64,000 nt of DNA, taken from NCBI RefSeq assembly GCF_000143415.4, contig NW_003314400.1, positions 268,064-332,063 of the forward strand, written 5' to 3'. The notes under the pieces are model-generated. The model saw nothing but the letters and a program-made list of their open reading frames with translations, made no database searches and was not told where the DNA came from. The position numbers and the translations under genes were made by a program. Origin of the DNA: Selaginella moellendorffii (taxonomy: Eukaryota; Plantae; Lycopodiophyta). Below, one piece after another: positions 13,468 through 25,496 of this stretch (the stretch's first letter is position 1; every line of letters starts with the position of its first letter).

Positions 13468-14461
13468 TCAAAAGAGGGTCACAATGGACTGGACTAACGC
13501 ATTGGGCATGGAGAAAAATGGGGAATGATCTGAATTGAGCTCCAAAACCTTGAGTGGAGGGGTCTGCTTGATCATCTCCTCCTGGATTTCCAGTGGAATG
13601 GTTTTGTCCTTCTTAGCTTTGATGTAATAGCGAGGAACTTTGCCATAGTTTGCAACAGTGAAGCTCACAGTGGGATCAAAGTATGGGAATGGTTTTAGTA
13701 TCGACTTGGCAAGAACAAAGTCCTGGAATTCAGCTGTTTTAGAAACTTTGTTTGAAGCTCCTCATAGTTACCTGTGGAGGAGATCTCTGGTATAGCATTT
13801 CTCGGGCATGCTCGGGCTTAAATGAGCCAGCAGTAACAGAGCCATTTCTAAACGAAAGTATGAATTTGTCTCCAAGTCCTTGCGCGATCTTTCAATGAGA
13901 TTTAGATTCATTAGAAAGCAATCTAAGATCCAAAGATATGGATGCTTACCTTGTTGTAAATGCTAAGGGCTTGAGATCCATTGCTAGGGAGCATAATAGC
14001 AGTAATGTAAACAGCTCCAGAGATTTTCTGGGGGAATCTTTCCATAGCATATGTAAGAGAAATGCCCCCTAAACTATGTCCGACCAAGATCACCTGCAAG
14101 AACGATAGAAAATTAACAGGAACTTCTCAAAGTATACCTTGACGTTTGCTGGCAAAGACTCGAGCAATTCGATCAAAGGGACCGAGTAAGTCTCCAGGTT
14201 ACCGACGGTTTTTGCATCCACGCCGTTGGTCCCAGCGCTGGTTAAATCCACAGCCTCCACCCTGTGGCCCTCTTGTTCCAGCTTGTGTGTGACTTTGTAC
14301 CAACACCAGGCACCATGGCCAGCTCCATGAACTAAAACAAAATGGAGCTTCTTAGGAACCTTTTGCTCTAGTTTGACACCATTGGCGACCAAAACATCAC
14401 AAGATGAAATGTAATAGAGCACAATCCAAGTGATGAGAACGATCAAACTATGATCAAACAT
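13468..14461 (-). CDS. Methylesterase-like alpha/beta-hydrolase A (4 exons, signal-peptide-like N-terminus)
   Basis: HFVLVHGAGHGAWCWYK, nucleophile GHSLGG, acid KKDKTI, His SDHSPFFS. Three GT-AG introns splice in frame. Confidence 0.9.
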
Positions 14462-14594
14462 TGTAAATTCTGTACAGGCATTTAGGCTTTACCAAGGTTT
14501 TCTATGCTGACTAAAAAATAGTGTTCCTCGTGCATGTCGTCAGTTGGCTTTGACTGCCACATAGGATATTATCTTGACTTTGTTTGAATCATTG

Positions 14595-15531
14595 AATTTA
14601 CATGATAGAATGAACTAAGTTCTTGTGCTTTGAGAAAAATGGAGAATGGTCTGAATGAAGCTCTAGAACCTTAGCAGAGGTGTCTGTTTATCGTACACTC
14701 TTGACTGTCCAGTGGAATGGTGAAATCTTTTGTGGCTTTGACAAAGTAAGGAACACTTCATAGTTTGCTGCGGTGAAGATCACGGTAGGGTCAAGAAACG
14801 GGAATGACTTTAGAATTGATTTGGAGAGGACAACATCCTGTAAGTGATTTCAAAGATGGAGATCACGAAGGAGAATTAAAATCATGCATTCTTATCACCT
14901 CTGGAGGAGATTTTGGGTATAGAAGTTGTCAAGAAAGCTCTAGCTTAAGCGAACTAGCAGCAGGTGTTGAAGAGGAGCCTTTACGAAATAGAGGCGCTTC
15001 TAAATCATACAAATCTCCCATGGCTTAGTGTTAATTATATGGCTGTAGTTTAGTAGAATTTCAATAGAATTATAAAATTCTATAATAATAATAATAATAA
15101 TATGATTCAGTACCTGGTTGAAAACAATTCAAGCTTGAGTGGCATTAAGCGCAGTTACAAAAAAAGATCCAGCAACTCTCTTGGAAACTTTCCATGGCAT
15201 ATGTAAGTGAAAGACCTATGAAATCACCTGGATATTTCATACAGTTTATATAAAATGAAATATATGTGATTATCTTTTCCTTTGAAGCAGTCGGACCAAA
15301 GAATCCGATTAAGTCTCCAACTTATCCACTGTAAGTACATCCATACCGCTCGTTGCAACGCTAGTTAAGTCCAGCGGATCCACTTGGCCTGTTCCTCAAG
15401 CCCTTGTGTGACTTTATACCAGCCGCGGCCAGCTCCATGCATGAAGTGGAACTTACTGGATTCATGGTTGCTTGCTTGTGCGAGGATAGCACAGGTGTGA
15501 GGAGAATCAAAGAGATAATGAGGTGAACCAT
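14595..15531 (-). pseudogene. Methylesterase pseudogene B (E/G type)
   Basis: Colinear with gene E (17290-18275) but with deletions removing the HGAWC and GHS motifs, plus frameshifts. Confidence 0.85.
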
Positions 15532-15748
15532 TTGAGCTATACAAATTTTGCCACTATAGACAAACCGTATAGAAGAACCTTGTAGAAGAGCGTAGAAAAA
15601 TCGGGTGAACTATATCATCACTAGTCGTTCAGAAGTCATTGTTGGAAAAGACTTCTAATTTTTTTTTACTGGAACATTTTGACTTTGACACGGACTTCTT
15701 AAAGATGTACATTATATTATTACATGCTTTTAAATCCTCATTATATGA

Positions 15749-16714
15749 TTAAGCCAGAGACAATAGCAGCTTCACTAACGCAAGTGGGGTGGAGAAAAAT
15801 GGCGAGTGATCACTGTCAAGCGTTAAGACTTGGAGTGGAGGGTTCTCGTAAATCATTTCCTCTTGACGTGCCACTAGAATAACTTGATCCTGGAGTGTTT
15901 TGATGAAGTAACGAGGAACACCTCCATAGTTGGCAGAGGTGAAGTTCACAGCAACATCGAACAGCGGGAATGGCTTAAGCAGTGATTTCGCCAAAATAAC
16001 ATCCTACGTAAAAGTATCTGTTAATGAAAACTTCTAAGCTTTGTTTGTTTACCTGTGAAGGAGATTTGTTATATAGCACTTGTTGGGCGCGGTCTAGTTT
16101 AAATGCAGCAGCCGAAGGTACCGTGGAGCCATTTGAAAATATCAGTGTCAAGCTGCCGGGAGTTCCCTTTCATAATGAAAGCGACTAAAATAAAAAACTA
16201 ACAATCAAAATAATTACCGGCTGGTTGAAGATCTCCCGAGCCCGAGTTGCATTGTGAGAAAACATAAAAGCAGCGAGATAAACAGCTTTGGAGATTCGGC
16301 TAGGCATTTTCTCCAAGGCGTATGTAAGCGTGATTCCTCCCGAGCTATGGCCAACCAAGATCACCTGAAAGTTTCAATAGAAGCGAGAAACTCAAATTCC
16401 CCCAAAAAACTTACACAACTTACTGTGTCATTCACGGACTCAAGCATCTGGATCAAGGGAGCCGAATACCTCTCCACGCTACCAACGGTGGTAGCATCGA
16501 CACTGCTCGTTCCAGCACTGACCAAATCCAAGGTGTCCACTTGGTGGCCAGATTGTTGCAATGCATTCGCGATTTTGTACCAGCACCACGCACCATGGCC
16601 AGCTCCATGAACAAGAACAAAATGGTGTTTCTTGGCATCCACAATTTTACCAGAGACTGGGAACTGGAGAAGAAAGAGAACAACTATGCCTAAGAAGGCC
16701 GCAATCCATCCCAT
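15749..16714 (-). CDS. Methylesterase-like alpha/beta-hydrolase C (4 exons, signal-peptide-like N-terminus)
   Basis: HFVLVHGAGHGAWCW, GHSSGG, LQDQVI, SDHSPFFS. In-frame splicing is possible, with an AAG acceptor for exon 3. Confidence 0.88.
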
Positions 16715-16859
16715 AGCCCTGTTGATCCAAGAAGCAATCTGAGTCTTACAAAGATTGTTTAAGTTAAAAAACTTGCGAGTATAAAAGAATATACTTTATT
16801 CGATAGCATGCTTTAGCGAGTATTTTTGAACCTTAGGTATATTCGTTTGTGGAACTGAT

Positions 16860-17235
16860 AGTTAGCTTACCTGTGAAGGAGATCTGCATTTCTCTGGTGC
16901 TCTAGCTTAAATGAGCCGGCAGTAATTCCAAACAAAAGTGTCTCCAGGTCCTTGGGCGATCTTTCAATGAGATCTAGATTCAGTAGAAGCAATAGATGCA
17001 AAGATATAGATGCTTATCGAAGGGGCCAAGTAGTTTTCCAGGCTACCGACTGTGGTTGCATCCACGCCGTTGGTCCCGGTGCTCAGTTAAATCCATAGCG
17101 TCCACCCCCTCTTGTTCCAGCTTGTGTGTGACTTTGTCCGGTTAAAAGCTTTCTGAAACTTTTGCCCATGGGCGATTAAAACATCACAAGATGAAGTGTA
17201 ATAAAGTGATGAAGACGATCAAACTATGATTAGAC
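16860..17235 (-). pseudogene. Methylesterase remnant D (A type)
   Basis: Patches matching gene A (gcatccacgccgttggtccc, cgatctttcaatgagat, aaaacatcacaagatgaa, gatcaaactatgat) with large deletions. Confidence 0.8.
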
Positions 17236-17289
17236 ATCAGACATTTTGTAATAAGCCGGCCTAGAAATACAGTGACTGCCACAATTTCT

Positions 17290-18275
17290 TTACTTTTTGA
17301 CAAAATCTTTGACCACTGACATGATAGAGTGAACTAAGTTCTTGGGCATTGAGAAAAATGGAGAGTGGTCTGAATGAAGCTCTAGAACCTTTTGCGGAGG
17401 ATTCTGCTTGATCATGTCCTCTTGACGTCTCAGTGGAATGGTGCGGTCTTTCGTGGCTTTGATAAAGTAGCGAGGAATACTTCCATAGTTTGCTGCAGTG
17501 AAGCTCACGGCAGGGTCAAGAATCGGGAATGGCTTTAGAATCGATTTGGCAAGGACCACATCCTGTAAGTTGGAGAAAGATTACAAAGGAGAATTGACAA
17601 CAGTAAAATTTATTACCTCTGGAGGAGATTTTTGGTACAGAAGTTGTCGAGCAAACTGTAGCTTGAACGAAGAAGCAGCAGGTGTTGAAGAGGAGCTATT
17701 ACGAAATAGAGGTGTCATATATTTTTGTAAACCTTGAGTAATCTGTAATATAGAATTATAAAATAGTAATAATTATTATTATTATAGTACCTGGCTGTAA
17801 GCTCGCCGAGCTTGAGTTGCATTCGAAGATAGCATAAGCGCAGTTACGAAAAAAGATCCAGAAATTCTCTCTGGAAACTTTTCCATGGCATATGTAAGTG
17901 AAAGACCTGCTAGACTATGCCCAACTAAAATCACCTGGAAATTTCATACAATTTACAGTCATTCCTTTGATAAAATAGATGTGTTACCTTTTCCTTTGGT
18001 GGAAGTGATTCAAGCAGTTGAACCAAAGGAACCGAGTAAGTCTCCAAGCTATCCACTGCAAGTGCATCCACACCACTCGTTCCAGCGCTGGTTAAATCCA
18101 GTGCATCCACTTTGTGGCCCTGTTCCTCAAGCTCTTGTGTGACTTTATACCAGCACCATGCTCCATGGCCAGCTCCATGCACTAGAACAAAGTGGAACTT
18201 ACTAGATTCCTGGTTGCTTGCTTGTGCGAGGATCGCGCAGGCAAGGAGAGTCCAATAGATAAAGAGATGAACCAT
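17290..18275 (-). CDS. Methylesterase-like alpha/beta-hydrolase E (4 exons, signal-peptide-like N-terminus)
   Basis: MVHLFIYWTLLACAILAQA, HFVLVHGAGHGAWCW, GHSLAG, TKDRTI, SDHSPFFS. Confidence 0.9.
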
Positions 18276-18432
18276 TTGTGCCACTACTGTGTAGAAGAAC
18301 CGTATAGAAGTAGAAGAGCGTAGAACAGATGGGCAAAATATATTGTCACCAAGTCGTTCAGAAGTCTTTGTTGGAGAGGACCTCTAGTCTTTTTGACTGT
18401 AACTTTTTGACTTTGACTTACTTGACTATTGA

Positions 18433-18500
18433 CTAGAACTTACTGGATTTATGTTTGCTTGCTTGTGCAAGGATAACATAGGTAAGGAGAATAATGAGAT
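18433..18500 (-). pseudogene. Short duplicate of an E-type methylesterase signal-peptide segment
   Basis: LTYVILAQASKHKSSKF-stop versus LACAILAQASNQESSKF in gene E. Confidence 0.65.
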
Positions 18501-19819
18501 TTGAGTTAAGGGCCAACCCATCCAGTGTATGAGGGGAATTTTTTTGGTATATATGGAATTCAAAAACCATAACATGGAATTTTAGGGCAACTAAGCTCTT
18601 GTCCGATAAGCTTTTCAAGCTTGGATGTTTGGCTTCCTCCTTGGGCTCTTGTTGAAGAATCTGTTTGTTCTATATTTTTGCATAACTATTTCAAATTTTT
18701 GAAGTTTTTCCTGTAGCAAGTCCAACTTAATTCTTTGTTCATTTTCTTTTTGTTTCTCTCCAACTTTTGTGCTTCTTTCACTGCTGTTGTTTGTAAGTTG
18801 AAATTCTCCCATTAGCTCTTCTAATCAAACAATCTCCTGCATAAACTTCCTCAATTTTTGTGGCCTTTGCTGGCAGTAATGTATTCTAAGTTGTTCCATA
18901 GGGAAAACCTCTACCTCTCCCATGTTTGTAATTACTGTTGAGTTTACGTGAAAAATAACATTTGTGAGCTGAGCCATAAATTTCTTTCATTGTTGGCTAG
19001 TGAGGGGGAAATTTTCTTAGTGGTCATTTCCTCCCAGCGGTCCGCCTGTCAACCTATTGACTATCTCTGTAAGAATATTTAAATATTGTACTATAAACTT
19101 TTTTATCTCCATAAATTTGAAAAGGAATATAACGAGAATCCAAAACTATTTTGTCAAGCTTTGAGCAGGCAAGTAAAAAGATGATACAATATGACGTGTA
19201 TGCTCCACCAGGACAGAGATAACTAGAGCGTAGTCTAGCACTTGTTCCTGCGGTATAAAGCAAGTGTCCAAAAGTCTTTCAAGTAGAAAAGATCAAAGCG
19301 AAAGCTTACCGGCTTTGTGATTGAAAACTGGTTCATGATATCCATGCATTGTCGGTCTTGTCCTCCTTTGCTGTGACTCCAGCAGCGCTTGGAGACGATT
19401 CATTGGAAGGAGCCGGAGGCTGGGAAGGCCTTCTTCTCTCGTGACAGAGCTCGAAACATCAAGCACATCCGTCGTCGTTGGCGATTAAGATCCTGACCAT
19501 AAAAGCGGGATATATGTTCTCCAAGAAAAAGCATTCAGTTATGTGTAAGAGCACCAAATACTGAGTATACAATGAGCAACATATCGACAATTCAGGCAAC
19601 GTAACATAAGCACTTGTGTATGTGAGGAAAAACACATACCAGCGGCAAGTTTGTATGAGATTCCAAGCTCTATAGCTGCAAAACCAGGGATCCAACACAG
19701 TGATGAGACAAGATGCTCTCGAAGTATGACGTGGTGCTGACAGGCACACGACATTACCATGGAAAATTCAGCGAAGAGAAAAAATCGACACCTGGGGATC
19801 AGAATGTGCCTAAGCCCAA

Positions 19820-20385
19820 GCTACACGTGGCAAAATCCAAACCACCCATGACGAGAACGTCTCCCATGTATGGCAAATCCGGGACTTTCGATTCCATGTG
19901 CGGGACCCAACGACGCTAGTTTTTGATCGAATTCCAGTGTGGGACGTGGTTTGCTTAAATTCCATTGTCATGGAATGTGATTATTTCGGTGTATGGAGAT
20001 TTTCTCGAAGCAAAGAAGCTATTCGATAGGATGGAACGAGATTCTCACAACAAAAGACTGATCAATCCAGACTCGACGATCGTTGCGCAGAGATCTTGAT
20101 GGAGCACGAAAGTTCTTTGCGAGGACGACACCGTGTCATGAGCAACACTTACCAACTCATTTGCGTAGCATGGCTGCACTATTCTAGCAACAAGGATGTC
20201 AAACTGCGATCAATCTCTTTGATTCAATGACCGTTTTTCTAACAAAGACAATACTCGTCAAGGAAAGAAGAGAAAGAACAAAAACGAGAAAGGAGAAAAG
20301 CTCGAGATTAACAATTTTGGGGAGGAATTAGAATATGACAGGTGAGGAGAATTAGTCACGTAGCTATTTTTCTTCCGTGAGCTTC
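19820..20385 (+). repeat. Dispersed repeat copy 2 (see 1618-2005)
   Basis: Direct sequence similarity to 1618-2005, with indels. Confidence 0.8.
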
Positions 20386-20539
20386 GCAGCTTATAAAGTT
20401 CTTAAGTTCCATCCTTCGTATGTAAGTTCTTCACTAAATTACCACTTTGTTCTATGTAAAGTTCTTCGCTATGTTTTTCTTCTGTGATTTTCACAAGATT
20501 TCTTGCAAGGTTTAGGGTTTAGGGAGGAGCTCTTGTTCC

Positions 20540-21400
20540 TCAGAGCTCACTGTAGCAATCGTTCCAGCAATCGAGCTCCACCTTTGTCTTGCGTGGAACT
20601 ACCGGTTCTGGAAGCTCTCGGCGGTTTCCAGGCCTCCGCAGCTGGCGTACATGTCGAGCAGTGCGGTTGTGAGCACTGCATTGTCTTCCAGACCACCGGT
20701 CTCCAGAAGTTCCTGGTAGAGGAGCTTGCCTTGCACTGGAGCTGGAATATGCTTGAGCAGGCACTCCATCTGTAAGCAGTGACGCCATCCAGCTGCATTC
20801 TCGCGAAGAGCGACAGAGTCATCTCCAGATCCCCGACTTGGGCGTGAGCCAAGACGATGGACGTCCAGGAGCTCACGTTCTTGCTCGCCATCTTTCAAAA
20901 ATTTCCCGAACGCCCTCTAGTCTCCCAAGCTTGGCGTTCAGGAGCGAGTGCCACAAGGGTATGTTGGAAGCAAACTTGCTCTCTTCGATCAGTTGAGTGG
21001 CAATTACTTCTGGAAGATCTTTCTGACCAGAGCAAGCAAGAGCGAAGCAGAGAAATCAACAGTGACGCAAGTCACCGGAGATGGCTTTACTCGATCCAGC
21101 TCCATCCGTGTCAACAGCAACAACGCCTCAACAAAATGCCTATTCTGCGCAGAAGCAGAGACCACGAGAAAAGATCTCTGTTCCAGATGCCCGCAAACAC
21201 TTTATATGCTAGATCAAGCTTGCCTGTAGTATCGTGTTTCCGACGAACTGGTCTTCAGCGCCTCGCTGAAACAAAGCTGTGCACGCAACGAATTTGTGCT
21301 AGACTATTCTCTTGTACGGACCATTTGAGAAGAGACACAGAGGCTCTCGACACTGCCGGGTTGACATCCACGGTTCGCGAGTGATCTCCATATCTTCGCT
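20540..21400 (-). pseudogene. PLS-class PPR pseudogene
   Basis: AQNRHFVEALLLLTRMELDRVKPSPVT, KNVSSWTSIVLAHAQVGDLEMTLSLFARMQLDGV and VLTTALLDMYASCGGLETA, interrupted by stops and frameshifts. Confidence 0.8.
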
Positions 21401-21835
21401 TCCATCCAGGTCTCCATGAACTTGGCATTCACAGATTCGAATCCGCTGCAAACTCATCTAGCAGGATTGATGCATCCCATGACCAAGGAGCAAGCTCTAA
21501 ACCAAGAACTCCCCAAGAACAATCTGTGGTCCTCCCCAATCAAAAATGGCTTGCGCTCGGTGAGCCCATCCGCAAACTTGTAGAGGCAATCTGTATAACA
21601 TTTCTAGGGTTATATGGCAATAGCTTTCGTTCTTATCATGGTCAACTCTTTAAAGTCTTGAATCTGGAAGGCTTCATGGGATCGCTTGCTGCCCGACACG
21701 TTGGCTTCAATGGTTTCTGACTAAGATCTAAGCCTGTTTTAAACCCTAGAATGCAAAAGGCTGCTTATATAGATATATTCCATGAGCCATTCTTCAAATA
21801 AATTGCTTATTTTGGTGCCACAAGGGATCTTGTTA

Positions 21836-22803
21836 TTAAGCCAGAGACAATAACAACCTCACCAAAGAATGTGGGGTGGAGAAGAATGGCGAGTGATCAC
21901 TGTCAAGCGTTAAGACTTGGAATGGAGGGTTTTCATGAATCATTTGCTCTTGACGCGCCCGTAAAATCGTTCGATCCTGAAGAGTTTTGATGAAGTAACG
22001 AGGAACACGTCCATAGTTGGCAGAGGTGAAGTTCACGGCAGCATCGAACAGCGGGAATGGCTTAAGCAGTGATTTCGCCAAAACAACATCCTACTTACAG
22101 TACGTGAAAGTATCTGTTAATGCAAACTTCTAAACTTTGTTTCTTTACCTGTGAAGGAGATTTGTTATATAACACTTGTTGGGCGCGGTCTAGATTAAAT
22201 GCAGCAGCCGTAGGTACCATGGAGCCATTTGAAAAGATCATTTTCAAGTTGCCCGGAGTTCCCTTTCATAATGAAAGCAAAAAACATAAAATATAAAAAT
22301 AAACATAGCCAATAAAAATAATTACCGGCTGGTTGAAGATTTCCCGAGCCCGAGTTGCATTGTGGGAAAACATAAAAGCAGCGAGATAAACAGCTTTGGA
22401 GATTCGGCCAGGAATTTTCTCCAAGGCGTATGTAAGCGTGATTCCTCCTAAGCTATGTCCGACCAAGATCACCTGAAAAAGCGAGAAACTCAAATTCGCC
22501 CAAAAACTTGCACAAACTTACTGTGTCATTCAGAGAGTCAAGCATCTGGATCAAAGGAGCCGAATAATTCTCCACACTACCAACAGTGGTAGCATCGACA
22601 CTGCTCGTTCCAGCACTGACCAGATCCAATGTATCCACTCGGTGACCGGATTGTTCCAACTCATTCGCGATTTTGTACCAGCACCACGCACCATGGCCAG
22701 CTCCATGAACAAGAACAAAGTGGTGTTTCTTGGCATCCACCGAGAATGGGAATTGGAGAAGAAAGAGAACAAATATGCCCAAGAAAACCGCAATGCATCC
22801 CAT
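21836..22803 (-). CDS. Methylesterase-like alpha/beta-hydrolase F (paralog of C)
   Basis: MGCIAVFLGIFVLFLLQFPFSVDA, GHSLGG, LQDRTI, SDHSPFFS. Same exon structure as C. Confidence 0.9.
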
Positions 22804-22808
<5 letters not shown>

Positions 22809-22868
<60 letters not shown>

Positions 22869-23052
22869 AATGTAGTTGACGTGCATACCTTTTAAAACTT
22901 ATGCGGTCCCATGCAAAAGAGAGTAGGAATGTAGGTGACGCACATACCTTTCAAAACTTATGGTCCCATGCAAGACCCCACAGAGAGAGAGAGAGAGAGA
23001 GAGTAGAAATGTAGATGACGCGCATACCTTTTAAAAACTTATGCGGTCCCCA
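22809..23052. repeat. (AG)n microsatellites with three copies of a roughly 55-60 bp unit
   Basis: AG run at 22809-22864 and a second run near 22982-23003. The unit gagtagaaatgtag.tgacg.gcatacctttt aaaacttatgcggtccc occurs three times. Confidence 0.9.
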
Positions 23053-23229
23053 AAGAGATCTAGTTTGACTTTAAAAAGAATATACTTAAACTTAATATAT
23101 TTTTTACGAATATTCATTTGGGGCTGTTGAAAGAGCCGTGCATCAGCCGATTCGAAGAGCCAATTGAACCAGTTCAAGCAAGAGCACACTCACGCAACGA
23201 TGCCATGGAAAAGACCACTCCTACCTTTC

Positions 23230-23820
23230 AAGAGAGGAGATGTGGTAGTTGCGATGCTCAATTCTTTCGAGGAGGAAAAGCTCTAGTTGCTCGACGATAA
23301 AAGACTCTCAGCTGCAGGCTTTGGAAGAAACCAGGAACGTTGTCGGCCGAAGACCTTGCAAACTAGCTTAAGGACGTCCACGGCCTCCAAGAAGATTTCC
23401 TCCTTGTTCCTGGAAAAGTGCTACTCAGCCAACAAGTGATGGTTTGGCTTTGGCTACATCGTCTCTTAGAGCTGTTGAAGGACTATTATATATCAGCAGA
23501 GTTATCACGAGGCTCTTGGACTGCTGATTCTACTCATTGTGGTTGTAGTACTCGATCGACTCAAATGTCGAACTGCTCTGGTATGGCGGATCAAATTCTG
23601 TTCACAGAGAATTGTAAACAAACAAAGATTTAGACTTTTATTTGCTTTTATTAACAGATATTTAACTGTAACTATGGACGTGTTCCTCGTTACTTCGTCA
23701 GAACTCTCCTGGATCGAGCGCAGTGGCTCGTCAAGAGTAAATTTCACGAAAACCATCTATTCCAAATCTTAACACTTGTCACTCGCCATTTGCTTTAGTG
23801 TTGCTATTGTCTCTGCTATG
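23230..23820. other. Mosaic of fragments of neighbouring genes (25.5 kb segment, ASPM exons, C/F-type methylesterase 3' end)
   Basis: 23231-23330 resembles 25496-25605; 23341-23416 resembles 8141-8216; about 23474-23610 resembles the reverse complement of 11885-12060; about 23620-23815 resembles the reverse complement of the last intron/exon of genes C/F. Confidence 0.8.
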
Positions 23821-23976
23821 GAATAATCCAGCAAGAAGTTCGTGTCCAAGCGAAAAAGCTCCGGTCAGGAAAAGGCTATAGACAATAACTTCTGAACAAC
23901 TAGTGACCATATATTTCACCACATTTTCAATACTTCTATACAGTTTTTCTTGAGTGGCAGAATTTGTATTGCTACA

Positions 23977-24948
23977 ATGGTTCATCTCTTTATCTATTGG
24001 ATTCTCCTTGCCTGCGCGATCCTCGCACAAGCAAGCAACCAGGAATCTAGTAAGTTCCACTTTGTTCTAGTGCATGGAGCTGGCCATGGAGCATGGTGCT
24101 GGTATAAAGTCACACAAGAGCTTGAGGAACAGGGCCACAAAGTGGATGCACTGGATTTAACCAGCGCTGGAACGAGTGGTGTGGATGCACTTGCAGTGGA
24201 TAGCTTGGAGACTTACTCGGTTCCTTTGGTTCAACTGCTTGAATCACTTCCACCAAAGGAAAAGGTAACACATCTATTTTATCAAAGGAATGACTGTAAA
24301 TTGTATGAAATTTCCAGGTGATTTTAGTTGGGCATAGTCTAGCAGGTCTTTCACTTACATATGCCATGGAAAAGTTTCCAGAGAGAATTTCTGGATCCTT
24401 TTTTGTAACTGCACTTATGTTCACTTCAAACGCAACTCAAGCTCGACAAGATTTCAACCAGGTACTGAATCCTGAATCATATTATTATTTTGTCATTTTA
24501 TAATATTCCATATTGCAGATTTTTCAAGGAATTCAACCATATATCACACCTCTATTTCGCAATGGCTCTTCTTCAACACCTGCTGCTGCTTCCTTCCGGC
24601 TAGAGTTTGTTCGAAAAGTTCTATACCATAAATCTCCTCCACAGGTGATCGTACTATGTCAATGCTCCTTCGTAATCTTTTCTATCATTACAGGATGTTG
24701 TCCTCGCCAAATCGATTCTAAAGCCATTCCCGGTTCTTGACCCTGCGGTGAGCTTCACCGCAGCAAACTATGGAAGTGTTCCTCGCTACTTTATCAAAGC
24801 CACGGAAGATCGCGCCATTCCACTGGAAAGGCAAGAGGACATGATCAGGAAGACTCCTCCGTTCAAGGTTCTAAAGCTTCCTTCAGACCACTCTCCATTT
24901 TTCTCAATGCCCAAGAGCTTAGTTCACTCTATCATGTCAGTGCTCTAG
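23977..24948 (+). CDS. Methylesterase-like alpha/beta-hydrolase G (inverted paralog of E/B)
   Basis: MVHLFIYWILLACAILAQA, GHSLAG, TEDRAI, SDHSPFFS; four exons. Confidence 0.9.
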
Positions 24949-25040
24949 CTCAAGAGACCAATTCAATGTCTCAAACAGTGCAAAGTTTTTTAAACTGTAA
25001 CGAGTATACTCCGAATATCCGTTTAGGGTTCTTGAGCAAA

Positions 25041-25496
25041 ATGGGGAAGCTGGGCAGGATCTATCATCCCGGGTGCTCACAGGGCGATGCCAAGACGTAC
25101 GCGCTGGCGATCGTCCGTGCGATCCAGGAATGCGGCGCGCTTACGTCGCATCAGCTGTGGGATCACGCCCAGGCCGAGGGGATTCGCACCAAGCGCCAAC
25201 TGAAGCAATTCCTGCGGTGGATGAAGCAAGAGCACCTGGTGAGCACCGTCGAGCTTCCAGCCCATGGCGACAACCGCGTCTACAAGCTCCCGGACAGGAT
25301 CCGCGACGATGCCATCTCTGGCGTGAGCGCTGCGGCGGGGAGGATCGAGACGCCGGAAAAGGAGTACAAGATTGATCTTGGCGAGATCTGGCTCAAGAAC
25401 AATCCCCGCGAGCAGCTAACCAAGTACGAGCTCCGCCTCCAGGCGCGAGAGGAGAGGCGCGGCCTAGCTCCACTCATGCCTTTCTGGGATATATGA
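25041..25496 (+). CDS. Small basic helical protein, resembles plant mitoribosomal protein mL80
   Basis: AIVRAIQECGALTSHQLWDHAQAEGIRTKRQLKQFLRWMKQEHLV recalls the plant family I remember as mL80 (from memory, unverified). A telo-box-like ttagggtt lies about 15 nt upstream. GC-rich, intronless ORF. Confidence 0.6.
   Translation: MGKLGRIYHPGCSQGDAKTYALAIVRAIQECGALTSHQLWDHAQAEGIRTKRQLKQFLRWMKQEHLVSTVELPAHGDNRVYKLPDRIRDDAISGVSAAAGRIETPEKEYKIDLGEIWLKNNPREQLTKYELRLQAREERRGLAPLMPFWDI

Noticed and set aside
18500-19800. Coding fragments or gag-like remnant
   Set aside because: Short ORFs with no recognisable motif.
22861-23052. CRISPR-like array
   Set aside because: Eukaryotic context, units are adjacent without unique spacers, and there are no cas genes.
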